A DNA stretch of 64,000 nucleotides, taken from Felis catus. Taxonomy: Eukaryota. The DNA is taken from NCBI RefSeq assembly GCF_018350175.1, contig NC_058382.1, forward strand, positions 49,974,001-50,038,000. Direction: 5' to 3'. The position numbers and the translations under genes were made by a program. Under the pieces are notes generated by a model that worked only from the letters and a program-made list of their open reading frames with translations, had not been told where the DNA came from and ran no database searches. Below are positions 50,566 through 63,468 of this stretch, in pieces; position 1 is the first letter of the stretch, and the number at the start of each line of letters is the position of its first letter.

Positions 50566-50776
50566 AGGAAAATAATTTTAAAAAGAAGTGTAATTGATAT
50601 GCTGGAGGGCAGAGAAAATGGAATAATATAAAATACTCAGTTAAAACCAGACAGGGAGAAAGAGAGGGGAGATTAAAGCAAAGGAATGAAAGAAGGGTAA
50701 CAAATAGAAAATAGTTACAAATACGGTAGATTTTAATCCAACTCTATCAATAATCACTTTAAATGTGAATGGTCTA

Positions 50777-52370
50777 GGGGTGTCTGGGTGGCTCAGTAGG
50801 TTAAGCGTCAACTTTGGCTCATGTCATAATCTTACAGTTTGTGGGTTTGAGCCCCATGTAGGGCTCTGTGCTAACAGCTTGGAGCCTGGAGCCTGCTTTG
50901 GATTCTATGCCTCCCTCTCTCTCTGTTCCTCTTCCACTTGTGCTCTATTTCTCTCTCTCAAAAATAAATATTACAAAAATTAAAAATAAATGTGAATGGT
51001 CTAAATACACCAATTAAAAGACAACGACTGTCAAAGTGGATAACAAAACAAGGCCCAGCTATATATTGTCTATAAATAAGCCATTTAATTTTTTTATTAA
51101 ATATTTTTTTAATGTTTATTTATTTTTGAGAGAGACTGAGACAGAGCTTGAGCAGGGGAGGGCCAGAGAGAGAGGGAGACACAGAATCCAAAGCAGGCTC
51201 CAGACTCTGAGCTGTCAGCACAAAGCCTGACACGGGGCTCGAACCCACAGACTGTGAGATCATGACCTGAGCCGAAGTCAGATGCCCAACCGACTGAGCC
51301 ACCCAGGTGCCCCTGTTAAAAATTAAAAAAAAAAATGTTTTATTTACTTTTGAGAGAGAGAGTGCAAGTAGGGGAGGGACAGAGAGAGAGGAGAACAGAA
51401 GATCTGAAGCAGGCTATGCACTGAGAGTAGGAAGCCCAATGTGGGGCTCAAACTCAGGAACTATGAGATCATGTCCTGAGCCGAATTCAGATGCTCAACC
51501 AACAGAGCCACCCAGGTGGCCCTAAATAAGCTATTTTATTTTTTTTTATTTTTATTTTTTTTTAACATTTATTTTTGAGACAGAGAGCACAAACAGGGGA
51601 GGGTCAGAGAAAGAGGGAGACACAGAATCTGAAACAGGCTCCAGGCTCTGAGCTGTCATCACAGAGTCCGACGCGGGGCTCAAACCCACAGACCGGGAGA
51701 TCATGACCTGAGCCGAAGTTGGACGCTTAACCAACTGAGCCACCCAGGCGCCCTGTAAATAAGCTATTTTAAATATAAGGTCACAGATAGGGGACGCCTG
51801 GGTGGCTCAGTCGGTTGAACGTCCGACTTCGGCTCAGGTCATGATCTCGTGTTTCGGGAGTTCGAGCCCCACATTGGGCCCTGTGCTGACAACTCAGAGC
51901 CTGGAGCCTGCTTGGAATTCTGTGTCTCTCTCTCTCTGGTCATTCTCTCTCTCTCTCTCTCACAGATAGATAAAGAGGGATGGGGTGTAGAAAGTTCTAC
52001 CATGCTAAAATCAATCAAAACAGAACTGGAGTAACTATGTTTTAGGCAAAGCAGACTTCAGAGCAACAAAACTTGTCAGGGTTATAGACAGGTATTACAT
52101 AGTGAAAACAAGGTCAATTCTCTAAGAAGTCAGAATAATCCTTCATATACATGTTTCTGGGGTGTCTGTGTGGCTCGGTCAGTTAAACATCCATTTGGCT
52201 CAGGTCATGATCTCACGGTTCATGAGTTTGAGCCCCGTGTCTGTCTCTGTGCTGACAGCTCAGAGCCTGGAGCCTGTTTCAGATTCTGTGTCTCCCTTCT
52301 CTCTGCCTCTTCCCTGCTCATTCTCTCTCTCTCTCAAAAATAAATAAATGTTAAAAAAACTTAAAAAAAT
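50777..52370. mobile_element. Cluster of six Can-SINEs (50777-50990 +, 51085-51314 -, 51335-51522 -, 51535-51753 -, 51790-51965 +, 52159-52370 +)
   Basis: Canonical motifs. TSD aaatgtgaatggtcta flanks the first; taaataagctatttt recurs around the middle copies. Confidence 0.88.
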
Positions 52371-52431
52371 ATGCCTGTTTCTAACAACACAGTATCAAAA
52401 TACGTGAAGTGAAATACTGATAGAACTGATC

Positions 52432-53817
52432 ATTACTTGGCACAAAAACAGACACTCAGATCAATGGAACAGAATAGAGAACCCAAAAATGGACCCACAA
52501 ATTTATGGCCAACTAATCTTTGACAAAGCAGGAAAGAATATCCAGTGGAATCAAGACAGTCTCTTCAGCAAGTGGGGCTGGGAAAACTGGACAGCGGCAC
52601 GCAGAAGAATGAACCTGGACCACTTTCTTACACCACACACAAAAATAAACTCAAAATGGATGAAGGACCTGAATGTGAGACAGGAAACCATCAAAATCTT
52701 CAAGAAGAAAGCAGGCGAAAACCTCTTTGACCTTGGCTGCAGCAACTTCTTACTCAGCACGTCTCCAGAGACAAGGGAAACAAAAGCAAAAATGAACTTT
52801 TGGGACCTCATCAAAATAAAGACCTTCTGCACAGTGAAAGAAAAAATCAGCAAAATGAGAAGGCAACCAATGGAATGGGAGAAGATATTTGCAAACAACA
52901 CATCAGGTAAAGGGTTAGTATCCAAAATCTGTAAAGAACTTATCAAACTCAACATCCCCAAAACAAACAATCCAGTGAAGAAATGGGCAAAAGACATGAA
53001 TAGACACTTCTCCAAAGAAGTCATCCAGATGGCCAACCGAACACATGAAAAAATGCTCAACATCACTCATCATCAGGGAAATGCAAATCAAAACCACCAT
53101 GAGATACCCCCCTCACCCCTGTAAGAATGGCTAACTCTAACCACTTGGGCAACAACAGATGTTGGTGAGGATGTGGAGAAAGAGGGTCTCTTTTGCACTG
53201 CTGGTGCAAATGCAAGCTGGTGCAGCTACTTTGGAAAACAGTATGGAGGTTCCTCAAAAAATTAAAAATAGAACTACCCTACGACCCAGCAATCGCACTA
53301 CTAGGTATTTATCCAAGGGATACAGGTGTGCTGTTTAGAAGGGACACATGCATCCCAATGTTTATAGCAGCGCTATCAACAATAGCCAAAGTATGGAAGG
53401 AGCCCAAATGTCCATCGATGGATGAATGGATAAAGAAGATGTGGCATATATATAGAATGGCAATCAAAAAGAATGAAATCTTGCCATTTGCAATGACATG
53501 GATGGAACTAGAGGGTATTATGCTAAGCGAAATTAGACAAATATCTATGATTTCACTCATTTGAGGACTTTAAGATACAAAACAGATGAACATAAGAAAA
53601 GGGAAGCAAAAATAATATAAAAACAGGGAGGGGGACAAAACATAAGAGACTCTTAAATAGGGAGAACAAACAGAGGGTTGCTGGAGGGGTTGTGGGAGGG
53701 GGGATGGGCTAAATGGATAAGGGGCATTAAGGAATCTATTCCTGAAATCGTTGTTACACTATATGCTAACTAACTTGCATGTAAAATTTAAAAAATAAAT
53801 TAAAAACAAATAAAAAA
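52432..53817 (+). mobile_element. 5'-truncated carnivore L1 (ORF2 C-terminal part, 3' UTR, A tail)
   Basis: ORFs 52489-53124 ([15 protein letters not shown]...[18 protein letters not shown]) and 53193-53564. Candidate TSD aactgatc. Confidence 0.93.
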
Positions 53818-56504
53818 ACTGATCTTTATTCATCTCATAGACAATACAGGATAATAAAGGAATTTGTATACATCACTATGCCACAAGTTTGGTAATTTAG
53901 ATAAAATGGAGCAATTGGGCAAAACTACCAACACTCAAACAAGAAGAGCTAGATAATCTGACTATGGTGATATCTATTAACAGTTTTGAATCAGTATTTA
54001 ATAAAATTCCAAAGATAAAAGTGCTAGTACTATATGAATTCAGTGGTGAATTTTACTAAACATTTAAGGAAGATATGACACCAATTGTCTACAACCTCTT
54101 CCAGAAAAGAGAAGCAAAGAGAACACTTTCCAACACATCCTATGAGGCTAGAATTACACTAATCCCCCAAACCAGATAAAGACATCATAAAACAAATGGG
54201 AAACAACAGACCCACGTCTCTTCTGGACATACATGCAAAAAGTCCTCAGTAAAATATTAGTAAATTGGATCTAACAGCAAATAGGATTATGCATTGTGGC
54301 TAAGTAGGATCTATCCCTAATGTGCATGGTTAAAATCCAACAATATCAGAAGCTGGTGAAAATACAGACTCCCAGGAACTCTCATTCATTGATGGTGGGA
54401 ATACAAAATGGCACAGCCTCTTTGGAAGATAGTTGGGTAGTTTCTAAGCATGGTCTTACCAGTAAACTTCTTGGTATTTACCCAACTGAGTTGACAACTT
54501 GTATCCATTAACACACTCAAAAAAACCCCGGAACATAAATGTTTATAGCAGTCTTATTCCTAATTGACCACCCTGGAAGCAGTCAAAATGTTTATCAATA
54601 GGGAATGGATGAACAAACTTTGGTATATCCATACAGTGAAATATTATTCAGGGACAAAAGAAAATGAACTATCAAACCACAAAAAGATATGGAAGACTCT
54701 TCAATGCATATTGCTAAGTGAAATAAACGAGTCTGAAAAGAATACACATTGTATTATTCCACTGTATGTCTTTCTGGAAAACTGTAGAGACATAGAAAAA
54801 CATAGAGATAAAAAAGATCAGTGGTTACAGGGGTTGGAGGGGAGAGAGGAAGGATGAAATTGAGGCATAAGACAATGAAACTGTTCTATGTGATGCTATA
54901 TTGGTGGGTGTATGAAATCTGTTAAAGTCTATAGAAATGTACAACTTTATTATAAGTGATGGGTTTTTATTCAATAATAATATACTCATACTGTTTAATT
55001 GATTTAGCAAATGTACTATACTAACCCAAGTTGTTAATAAAAGAGGAAACTCTGGGAGAGGGGAGTGTGTGGGAGCTTTGTATTATCTGCCTTGTTCTTC
55101 TGCAAATCTAAAACTGCTTTAAAAGTAAAGTCTATTAATTATAAAGGACAAAAATATTCAAAATAATAATATATGTTTAATTTCAGTTTGCCTGTAACAT
55201 ACTCAGAAATCCATGTCATTGAAACAAATTTCAGTTTTGGAATAATCAGATTGTCCAAAAGAGGGTGCCAAAGACTTATAAAGATCTCTTCTTTGGCTAT
55301 GCAAAAGGAAGTTAAATAATAAAATAGACTTAATAGAACAAAAAGCAGAAGGCTGGAGCATAAGTCAACAGGCATGATACTTATCTACATCTTGCCTAAG
55401 ACTTCTATCCTCCTTCCTTAAGATTCCGATCCATTATCTTTGTTCTTTGGTGCTACTGCTTTGCTGTGTATGAAGGTGTAATGTACCCTGATGATACTCA
55501 GCTATGATGTGGACTCCAAAGGGGCCTGCGGTAAGCTGGTTGTGACAATTACATTTGACTCTGTTTTGAACAACTATGGACATAGGCTTGTATAAATTGT
55601 CTTTAAATGGGAGTTTTGCAGATTTATGTTTTTTCCAACTTACAATATTTGCAGTGATATAAATTCTTCTTTTCACTTTTTGACAAAGCCTTTAAGAATT
55701 CAATCTTGAATTTCTCTGTTCCTAGCACCCTAAGTCATAGAGGCTATAATCTGCGACTAAGTATAAAGGCACCAACACAATTCATTCTTCAAGATACCTT
55801 TTGACAAGTAATTTTGTCGAGGACGGAATCTCCTTGTTAGGGTAATAATATCACAGGTAAACTCAGTTTCTTTTTTGTTATATTGCCTTTTTATATTTTC
55901 AAAACATCTTTACTTTCTGTTGTAAAAGTGTAAAACAACCTGATGTAAAATATACACTTGTAATATAATAAAATTAACAAAGTTTAAAGGGAAAACTTAC
56001 TTAATCTTACTTGAAGAGATAAAACTACCCACAATTTGTTATGCAAAGTTCTTTAGAATGTAAAGAGCCTCCACTAACTATGTTCTCTGGTAATATACTT
56101 TCCATGCCTAATGATGAGTACTTTTCCTATATAACATCATTCCTTCTTCGCAATGGATGCCTGTGATTCCATTATATATATAATAATATTATATATATAT
56201 AATATATATATATAGTATACCTTATTTGGTCAAGACTCTGTGCAATTTAGTTCTTTCTTTTGGTTTTGTGCTATGAAGAGTATTAATAAGAAATCTTATA
56301 AATACATATTTATATATTTGTTATCTCTGTTCATTTAATTCCAAGTCCAAATGTAAACATATTTACATTTTGATACATATTACCATCCACTGCCTGACCA
56401 GTTTTACAAATATAAAAATGCTCTCACTCACATGAGTATTCCTGTGGGTTTTCTTAGAGAGAGAACACTCACATCTAAGAATGAATAATTTTATTTATTT
56501 ATTT

Positions 56505-56945
56505 ACCTAAGTTTTTTTTATTGAAGTATAGTTGACATACGATGTTATATTAGTTTCGGGTGTACACCTTAGTGATTCAACAATTCGTTATATTATACAG
56601 TGCTCGCCACAATAAATGTAGTTACCATCTGTCACCAAACAGTGTTATTATAGTATTATTGACTATAGTCCTTATATTTTATCTCTGTGACTTTTTTATT
56701 TTGTAAGTACAAGTCCATACTTCTTAATCCCCCCCATCCTCCCTCCACCCCTGGCAACCATCAGTTTGGTCTCTGTATTTATAAGTCTGTTTTTGGGTTT
56801 TTTTTTTTTTTATTGGTTCATTTGTTTTGTTTCTTAGATTCCACATGTAAGTGAAATCATATGGTATTTGTTTTTCTCTCTCATTTATTTTGCTTAGCAT
56901 AATACCCTCTAGTTCCATCCATTTTGTCACAATGGCAAGATCTTA
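56505..56945 (-). mobile_element. L1 3'-end fragment (L1MA/carnivore-type)
   Basis: ttgaagtatagttgacata...ttagattccacatgtaagtgaaatcatatggtatttg...tccatccatttt. ORF 56724-56930 contains WMELEGIMLS. Confidence 0.85.
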
Positions 56946-57089
56946 GAATGAATCGTTTTAGTTCGTGCTGTCCAGGATGACAACATCCTAGGGCCAGACA
57001 TCATTTGGAATAGCTTTTACTTCTTTTGGTATATGGTATAAAACAGTTCCCCCAGTATCACTGATCATTTGCATTCGATGTATTTCTGT

Positions 57090-57982
57090 TAAAAACATTT
57101 TTTTAACGTTTATTTATTATTGAGAGACAGAGAGGCACAGAGTGTGAGCAGGGGAGGGGACAGAGAGAGGGAGAGACACAGAATCCAAAGCAGGCTCCAG
57201 GCTCTGAGCTGTAAGCACAGAACCCGACGCGGGGCTCCAACTCACAAACTGTGAGATCATGACCTGAGCTGAAGTCGGTCGCCTAACCAACTGAACCACC
57301 CAGGCGCCCCAGATGTATTTCTGTTTTAAATGGAGATGTCCTTTGACTGACAGCTGGGCAGATCTCAGAGCCAGCTACAGGTTGAGGTTCAGCTCCGTTC
57401 TGGTGATGTGGTGATTTGAGTTATCTTAAGCTGTCTTTGGTGCTCTGTTAGTGGTCACATCTTTAATTTCAGGAGGGCTTTCTTCTCTGTAGGAAGGAAA
57501 ACTGGAGTGATGGAATTATCCCTATTGGAATACATTTCCTCTCCATTCTTTTTAAAAAAATGTTTCTTGGGGCGCCTGGGTGGCGCAGTTGGTTGGGCGT
57601 CCGACTTCAGCCAGGTCACGATCTCGCGGTCCGTGAGTTCGAGCCCCGCGTCGGGCTCTGGGCTGATGGCTCAGAGCCTGGAGCCTGTTTCCGATTCTGT
57701 GTCTCCCTCTCTCTCTGCCCCTCCCCCGTTCATGCTCTGTCTCTCTCTGTCCCAAAAATAAATAAACGTTGAAAAAAAAAATTAAAAAAAAAATAAAAAA
57801 TGTTTCTTTCCAGAAGAAAAAAATAGCATCATTATGATGGGGAGGGAAGTTTGGATAAAAGGACTATTCATTTGCTTATATTCCTTCTCAGAAGATGTGG
57901 CTGTAATAGTTTCCTAGTTATTTTCATATTTATTTTATTTTTTAAAGTTTATTTAAATGTTTTTATTTATTTAAACGTTTGT

Positions 57983-58035
<53 letters not shown>

Positions 58036-58208
58036 AGTTTATCTTTTTAAAGGGGCAGAGAGAGAGAGAGTGAGAGAGAGAATCCCAAGCAGACTCCACA
58101 CTGTCATTGCAGAGCCTGATGCAGGGTTTGAACTCATGAACTGTGAGATCATGACCTGAGCCAAAATCAAGCATCAGGTATCTTAACTAACTGAGCCACT
58201 CAGGTGAC
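57090..58208. mobile_element. Three SINEs (57090-57310 -, young 57569-57800 +, 57940-58208 -)
   Basis: Canonical motifs. TSD aaaaaatgtttctt flanks the young copy. The third has a (TTTA)n tail. Confidence 0.9.
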
Positions 58209-58664
58209 TCGTTTTCATATTTATTTTAGTGGGAAGAGGACTAGTACATATTTTGCCAAGTGAGAATATTGTAGCATACACACTCCCCCTCCTCAAAGTC
58301 TCCCCAAAACAACTATCAGTATCAACATCATTTTAACAAAAAAAATAGTAAGAATATTATTATCAACTCCATCATTTACTAGCTGTATGAGCTTGGTCAG
58401 CTTAATATCTCTTTTGTCTGTAAAATAAAGAAACCGAATATCAAAGGAGATACATATATATATATAATAAACATATTTAGTATATAAATTATACATTATT
58501 TATATATCTATAGAAATTATGTATAATATATGTGTTTATTAGATATATATGTGTGTGTGTGCATATATATATATATATATATGCCATGGCCTATGGTAAA
58601 TGCTCAGTATGTGTTAGCATATTTAAATTTTTGTTATTATTAGTTATTCCATAGTAATTCAAAC

Positions 58665-60077
58665 ATTTTTTAATTTTTTTATTTTATTTTATTTTTTTAA
58701 ATATGAAATTTATTGTCAAATTGGTTTCCATACAACACCCAGTGCTCATCCCAACATGTGCCCTTCTCAATGCCCATCACCCACTTTCCCCTCCCTCTCA
58801 CCCCCCATCAACCCTCAGTTTATTCTCAGTTTTTAAGAGTCTCTTATGGTTTGCCTCCTTCCCTCTCTGTACCTTTTTTTTTCCCCTTCCCCTCTCCCAT
58901 GGTCTTCTTTTAAGTTTCTCAGGATCCACATAAGAGTGAAAACATATGGTATCTGTCTTTCTCTGTATGGCTTATTTCACTTAGCATAACACTCTGCAGT
59001 TCCATGCACATTGCTACAAAAGGCCATATTTCATTCTTTCTCAGTGCCAAGTAGTATTCCGTTGTGTATATAAACCACAATTGCTTTATCCATTCATCAG
59101 TTGATGGACATTTAGGCTGTTTCCATAATTTGGCTATTGTTGAGAGTGCTGCTCTAAACATTGGGGTACAAATGCCCCTATGCATCAGCACTCCTGTATC
59201 CCTTGGGTAAATTCCTAGCAGTGCTATTGCTGGGTCATAGTGAGGACCGTTCACACTGTTTTCCAGAGCGGCTGCACCAGTTTGCATTCCCACCAACAGT
59301 GCAAGAGGGTTCCCGTTTCTCCACATCCTCGCCAGCATCTATAGTCTCCTGATTTGTTCATTTTAGCCACTCTGTCCGGTGTGAGGTGGTATCTGAGTGT
59401 GGTTTTGATTTGTATTTCCCTGATAAGGAGCGACGTTGAGCATCTTTTCATGTGCCTGTTGGCCATCCGGGTGTCTTCTTTAGAGAAGTGTCTATTCATG
59501 TTTTCTGCCCATTTCTTCACTGGATTATTTGTTTTTCAGGTGTGGAGTTTGGTGAGCTCTTTATAGATTTTGGATACTAGCCCCTTGTCCGATATGTCAT
59601 TTGCAAATATCTTTTCCCATTCCATGGGTTGCCTTTTAGTTTTGTTGATTGTTTCCTTTGCAGTGCAGAAGCTTTTTATCTTCATGAGGTCCCAATAGTT
59701 CATTTTTGCTTTTAATTCCCTTGCCTTTGGAGATGTGTCAAGTAAGAAATTGCTGCGGCTGAGGTCAGAGAGATTTTTTCCTGCTTTCTCCTCTAGGGTT
59801 TTGATGGTTTCCTGTCTCACATTCAGGTCCTTTATCCATTTTGAGTTTATTTTTGTGAATGGTGTAAGAAAGTGGTCTAGTTTCATTCTTCTGCATGTTG
59901 CTGTCCAGCTCTCCCAGCACCATTTGCTAAAGAGACTGTCTTTTTTTCCATTGGATATTCTTTCCTGCTTTGTCAAAGATTAGTTGGCCATACGTTTGTG
60001 GGTCTAATTCTGGAGTTTCTATTCTATTCCATTGGTCCATGTGTCTGTTGTTGTGCCAATACCATGCTGTCTTGATG
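58665..60077 (-). mobile_element. 5'-truncated felid L1 with a small internal deletion
   Basis: ORFs 59536-59976, 59251-59520 and 58919-59338 encode the ORF2 C-terminus. About 20 nt are missing near 59240 relative to the copies at about 9700 and 47780. Confidence 0.95.
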
Positions 60078-60292
60078 TTTTTTATTTTTGAGAGAGAGCG
60101 AGCGAGAGAGAGAGAGAGAGGGAGGGAGAGAGAGACAGATGGAGCATGAGCGGGGGAGGGGCAGAGAGAGGAGACACAGAATCTGAAGCAGGTTCCAGGC
60201 TCTGAGCTGTCAGCACAGAGCCCGAAGTGGGGCTCGAACTTCGTGAGATCAGGAAGTCGGCCACTTAACCGACTGAACCACCCAGGTGCCCC
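60075..60292 (-). mobile_element. Can-SINE adjoining the L1 5' end
   Basis: Canonical motifs. Confidence 0.9.
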
Positions 60293-60347
60293 TGATATTT
60301 TTAAATAAATTTATTTTTAAGGAAAGTCCACTTCTTGTATTTATTTT

Positions 60348-60800
60348 TCTTAGTTCAGGTTCTCCCCAAAGCAGACCCTGAGATGTGAAGTAGGGCAGCC
60401 AAGGGGACACTGGTAGGACACTGGTAGGAAGGGAAGAATGGAAGGGAACCAACTGAAAGGTGAGCCCTGAGGCCAGATGCCATATGGCCTACTGGAGCAT
60501 TATCCACAAGGGATCTCTGGGAAACCGCAAAGCACATACTTCTGAATTGACTAGGAAATAGGCTATGAAGCTGTGGTATGTGTAGAACTCTTGGTAGTCG
60601 TTTGTTGAGGACTCTTCCTTGGGCCGCTCCTTCCTCAGCACTTCCAGCCTGCCATGCAGATGTGCAGACACGTACCTCAGGTACCACCCTGCAGATACAG
60701 GCAGTGGGAAGCCATGGACTCCTGCAAACCTGGCCTTCGACATTTCTTAGGAGCTGCTGGGGAAAGCTGTGAGCGTCTTCTTCCCTTTTCTCATGGGTGG
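60348..60800. mobile_element. Degraded ERVL/MaLR-class LTR (LTR16-like)
   Basis: The start tcttagttcaggttctccccaaagcagaccctgaga resembles old LTR16-type termini. Confidence 0.4.
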
Positions 60801-61221
60801 GACGGTGGATTAATTAGGTTGTACCAAATTCTGCATTTTATACAAACCACATTCAATTCTAAATAGGATCTAATTAGCCCATTGGAATAAAAAAAATATG
60901 TGGTTCTGGACCACAAGCCAAATCACGTGTTTTATTTTTTATTTCTTTTCAATTTTTTGGTTATGAAAGTTTCAAGCATGTATAAAGATGGAATAGTACA
61001 GTGATCAGCCACATATGCATCACCCTGGTTCAAAAATTGTGTGTCAAAAATAAATTCACCCATATCTCACAGCACTCCCTATGGATTAATTTTAAATAAA
61101 TTATATTTTGTTTATAAGCATTTCAGTGTATATAAAATATAAAAGTAATTTCATTATTATGCTGAAATTATTAACAATAGTTAATACAATCAAGGGCTTA
61201 GTCCTTGTATGAATTTTCCTG

Positions 61222-61350
61222 TCTTTTCTTTTCTTTTCTCTCCCTCCCTTACTTCCTCCACCCTTTCTTTCCTCCCTCCCTCCCTTTCTTCCTCCCCCTT
61301 TCTTTCTTTCTTTCTTTCTTTTCTTTCTTTCTTTCTTTCTTTCTTTCTTT

Positions 61351-61387
<37 letters not shown>

Positions 61388-61439
61388 TCTTCCTCCCTTC
61401 TTCCCTCCTTTTCTTTCTTTCTCCCTTTCTTTTTCCTTT

Positions 61440-61479
<40 letters not shown>

Positions 61480-61604
61480 TTCCTTCCCTTCCTTCCTTTT
61501 CTTTCTTTCTTCTCTTTCTTCTTTCCTTCCTTTCTCCCTCCATCCCTCCCTTCCCCCTCTCCCTCCCTCCTTCCTTTATTCCTCCCTCCTTTTCTTTCTT
61601 TCTC

Positions 61605-61655
<51 letters not shown>

Positions 61656-61678
61656 CTTCTTTCTTTCTTTCTTTCTTT

Positions 61679-61711
<33 letters not shown>

Positions 61712-61791
61712 TCTTTCTTCTTTCCTTCCTTTCTCCCTCCCTCCCTTCCTTCCTCCTCTCCCTCCCTCCCTCCTTTCATCCTCCCTCCTTT

Positions 61792-61871
<80 letters not shown>

Positions 61872-61874
61872 TTT

Positions 61875-61934
<60 letters not shown>

Positions 61935-62293
61935 TTCTTTCCCTTCCTTTTCTTTCTCTTCTCTTCTCTTCTCTTCTCTTCTCTTCTCTTCTCTTCTCTT
62001 CTCTTCTCTTCTCTTCTCCTCTCCTCTCCTCTCCTCTCCTCTCCTCTCCTCTCCTCTCCTCTCCTCTCCTCTCCTCTCCTCTCCTCTCCTCTCCTCTCTT
62101 TTCTCTTCCCTTCCTTCCTTCCTTCCTTCCTTCCTTCCTTCCTTCCTTCCTTCCTTCCTTCCTTCCTTCCTTCCTCCTCCCTCCCTCCCTCCCTCCCTCC
62201 TTCCTTCTGCCCCCCCTTCCCTCTCTCCCTCACTCCCTCCTTTCCTTCCTTCCTTCCTTCCTTCCTTCCTTCCTTCCTTCCTTCCTTCCTTCC
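61222..62293. repeat. About 1.07-kb compound polypyrimidine microsatellite: (TTTC)n, (TTCTC)n, (CTCCT)n, (TTCC)n, (CTCC)n
   Basis: Almost purine-free on the + strand. Sub-arrays: TTTC about 61790-61930, TTCTC about 61955-62015, CTCCT about 62015-62095, TTCC about 62110-62170 and 62245-62290. Confidence 0.98.
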
Positions 62294-62979
62294 ACTGGGG
62301 AAAAATAATAAGGACCTAAACTGCTCCTTATTACACTTGGTTGATACAGTTTTTAAGTCTCTCTGAATCCATAGATTCCACCCTTTTCTTTTTTTTTTTT
62401 TTGTTTTGTTTTAATTAATTTACTCATTGGTGCTATACCTTCTTCTGGATCATCTTCATGCTCTGCCTCAGTTTTCACTGGAGGTCAACTGGAGAACATA
62501 AATATCTTCTCTCATTTCATTAGATTAATGGCATGCCCATTTCAGGTTCTATTTCAATAGAATACTAAACACTGAAATACCTGGACCCCTGTGCTCTGAA
62601 GTGATAAGGTGAGATGCTGTGATGGAATGAGTAATGAGATTGAAAATAGGAAAGAAAAAACTGAATGAAGTTGACTACATGGCCTTGGAGAAAACAGTCG
62701 ACTTTTCTCTATTATCAAAATTATCAAATACCAAATGTTGCTAATATTAACATCAGAATACCATTAACAAACCTCTTGACAGATCTTGGCCTTGTCTCCA
62801 GAGAGCTTTATCTCAGAGATCACAAAAACAGTCTAATTTAACTATTAATAGATATTAAAAATAATGCACTAATTGCATAAAATAAATTCAAATACAAAAT
62901 ATAAATGGTTGTATTATAATTAGTGGGCAGGAATGTTCACTGATCAGCTATTGACACTCTAATTAAAAACCTTAATATA

Positions 62980-63102
62980 TGGGTCCCTGGGTGGCTCAGT
63001 TGGTTGAGCATCCAATTGTTGGTTTTGCAGGTCATGATCTCACGGTTCATGAGTTTGAGCCCTGCTTTGGGCTCCACGCTAACAGTACGCAGCCTGCTTG
63101 GG

Positions 63103-63151
<49 letters not shown>

Positions 63152-63468
63152 CTCTCCCCCTCTCAAAATAAATAACTAAACTTAAAAAAAACCTTGTTTG
63201 GTTGGTTCAAAAATATAACCAGAGCTTACAATCATTGTTATGTGCATCAGTATGTCTACGCACATTTTTAAAAATTGTTTATTTTTGAGAGAGAGACAGA
63301 GCGTGAGCAGAGTAGGGGCAGAGAGAGAGGGAGACACAGAATCCAAAGCAGGCTACAGGCTCTGAGCTGTCAGCACAGAGCTCGACGCAGGGCTCAAACT
63401 CATGAGCCGTGAGATCATGACCTGAGCCGAAGTCGGACGCTCAACCGACTGAGCCACCCAGACACCCC
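62980..63468. mobile_element. Tail-to-tail Can-SINE pair (62980-63190 +, 63265-63468 -)
   Basis: Canonical heads at the outer ends, with a (CT)n expansion in the first. Confidence 0.9.

Larger units (their letters stand above)
46130..55140 (+). mobile_element. Ancient L1M element (ORF1-ORF2-3' end remnants) split by younger L1s and at least seven SINEs
   Basis: ORF1-like at 46150-46720. Endonuclease-like aatcactttaaatgtgaatggtctaaatacaccaattaaaagac at 50750-51020. ORF2-like at 53880-54310. 3' end at 54330-55140. Confidence 0.7.

Noticed and set aside
61190..62366. Long ORFs of 347-385 aa (K/E/R-rich and F/L/S/P-rich)
   Set aside because: Translations of a microsatellite that lacks stop codons; no coding signal.
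8270..63179. Many short ORFs containing [19 protein letters not shown] or GQRETEHERGRG
   Set aside because: Recurrent translations of Can-SINE sequence.
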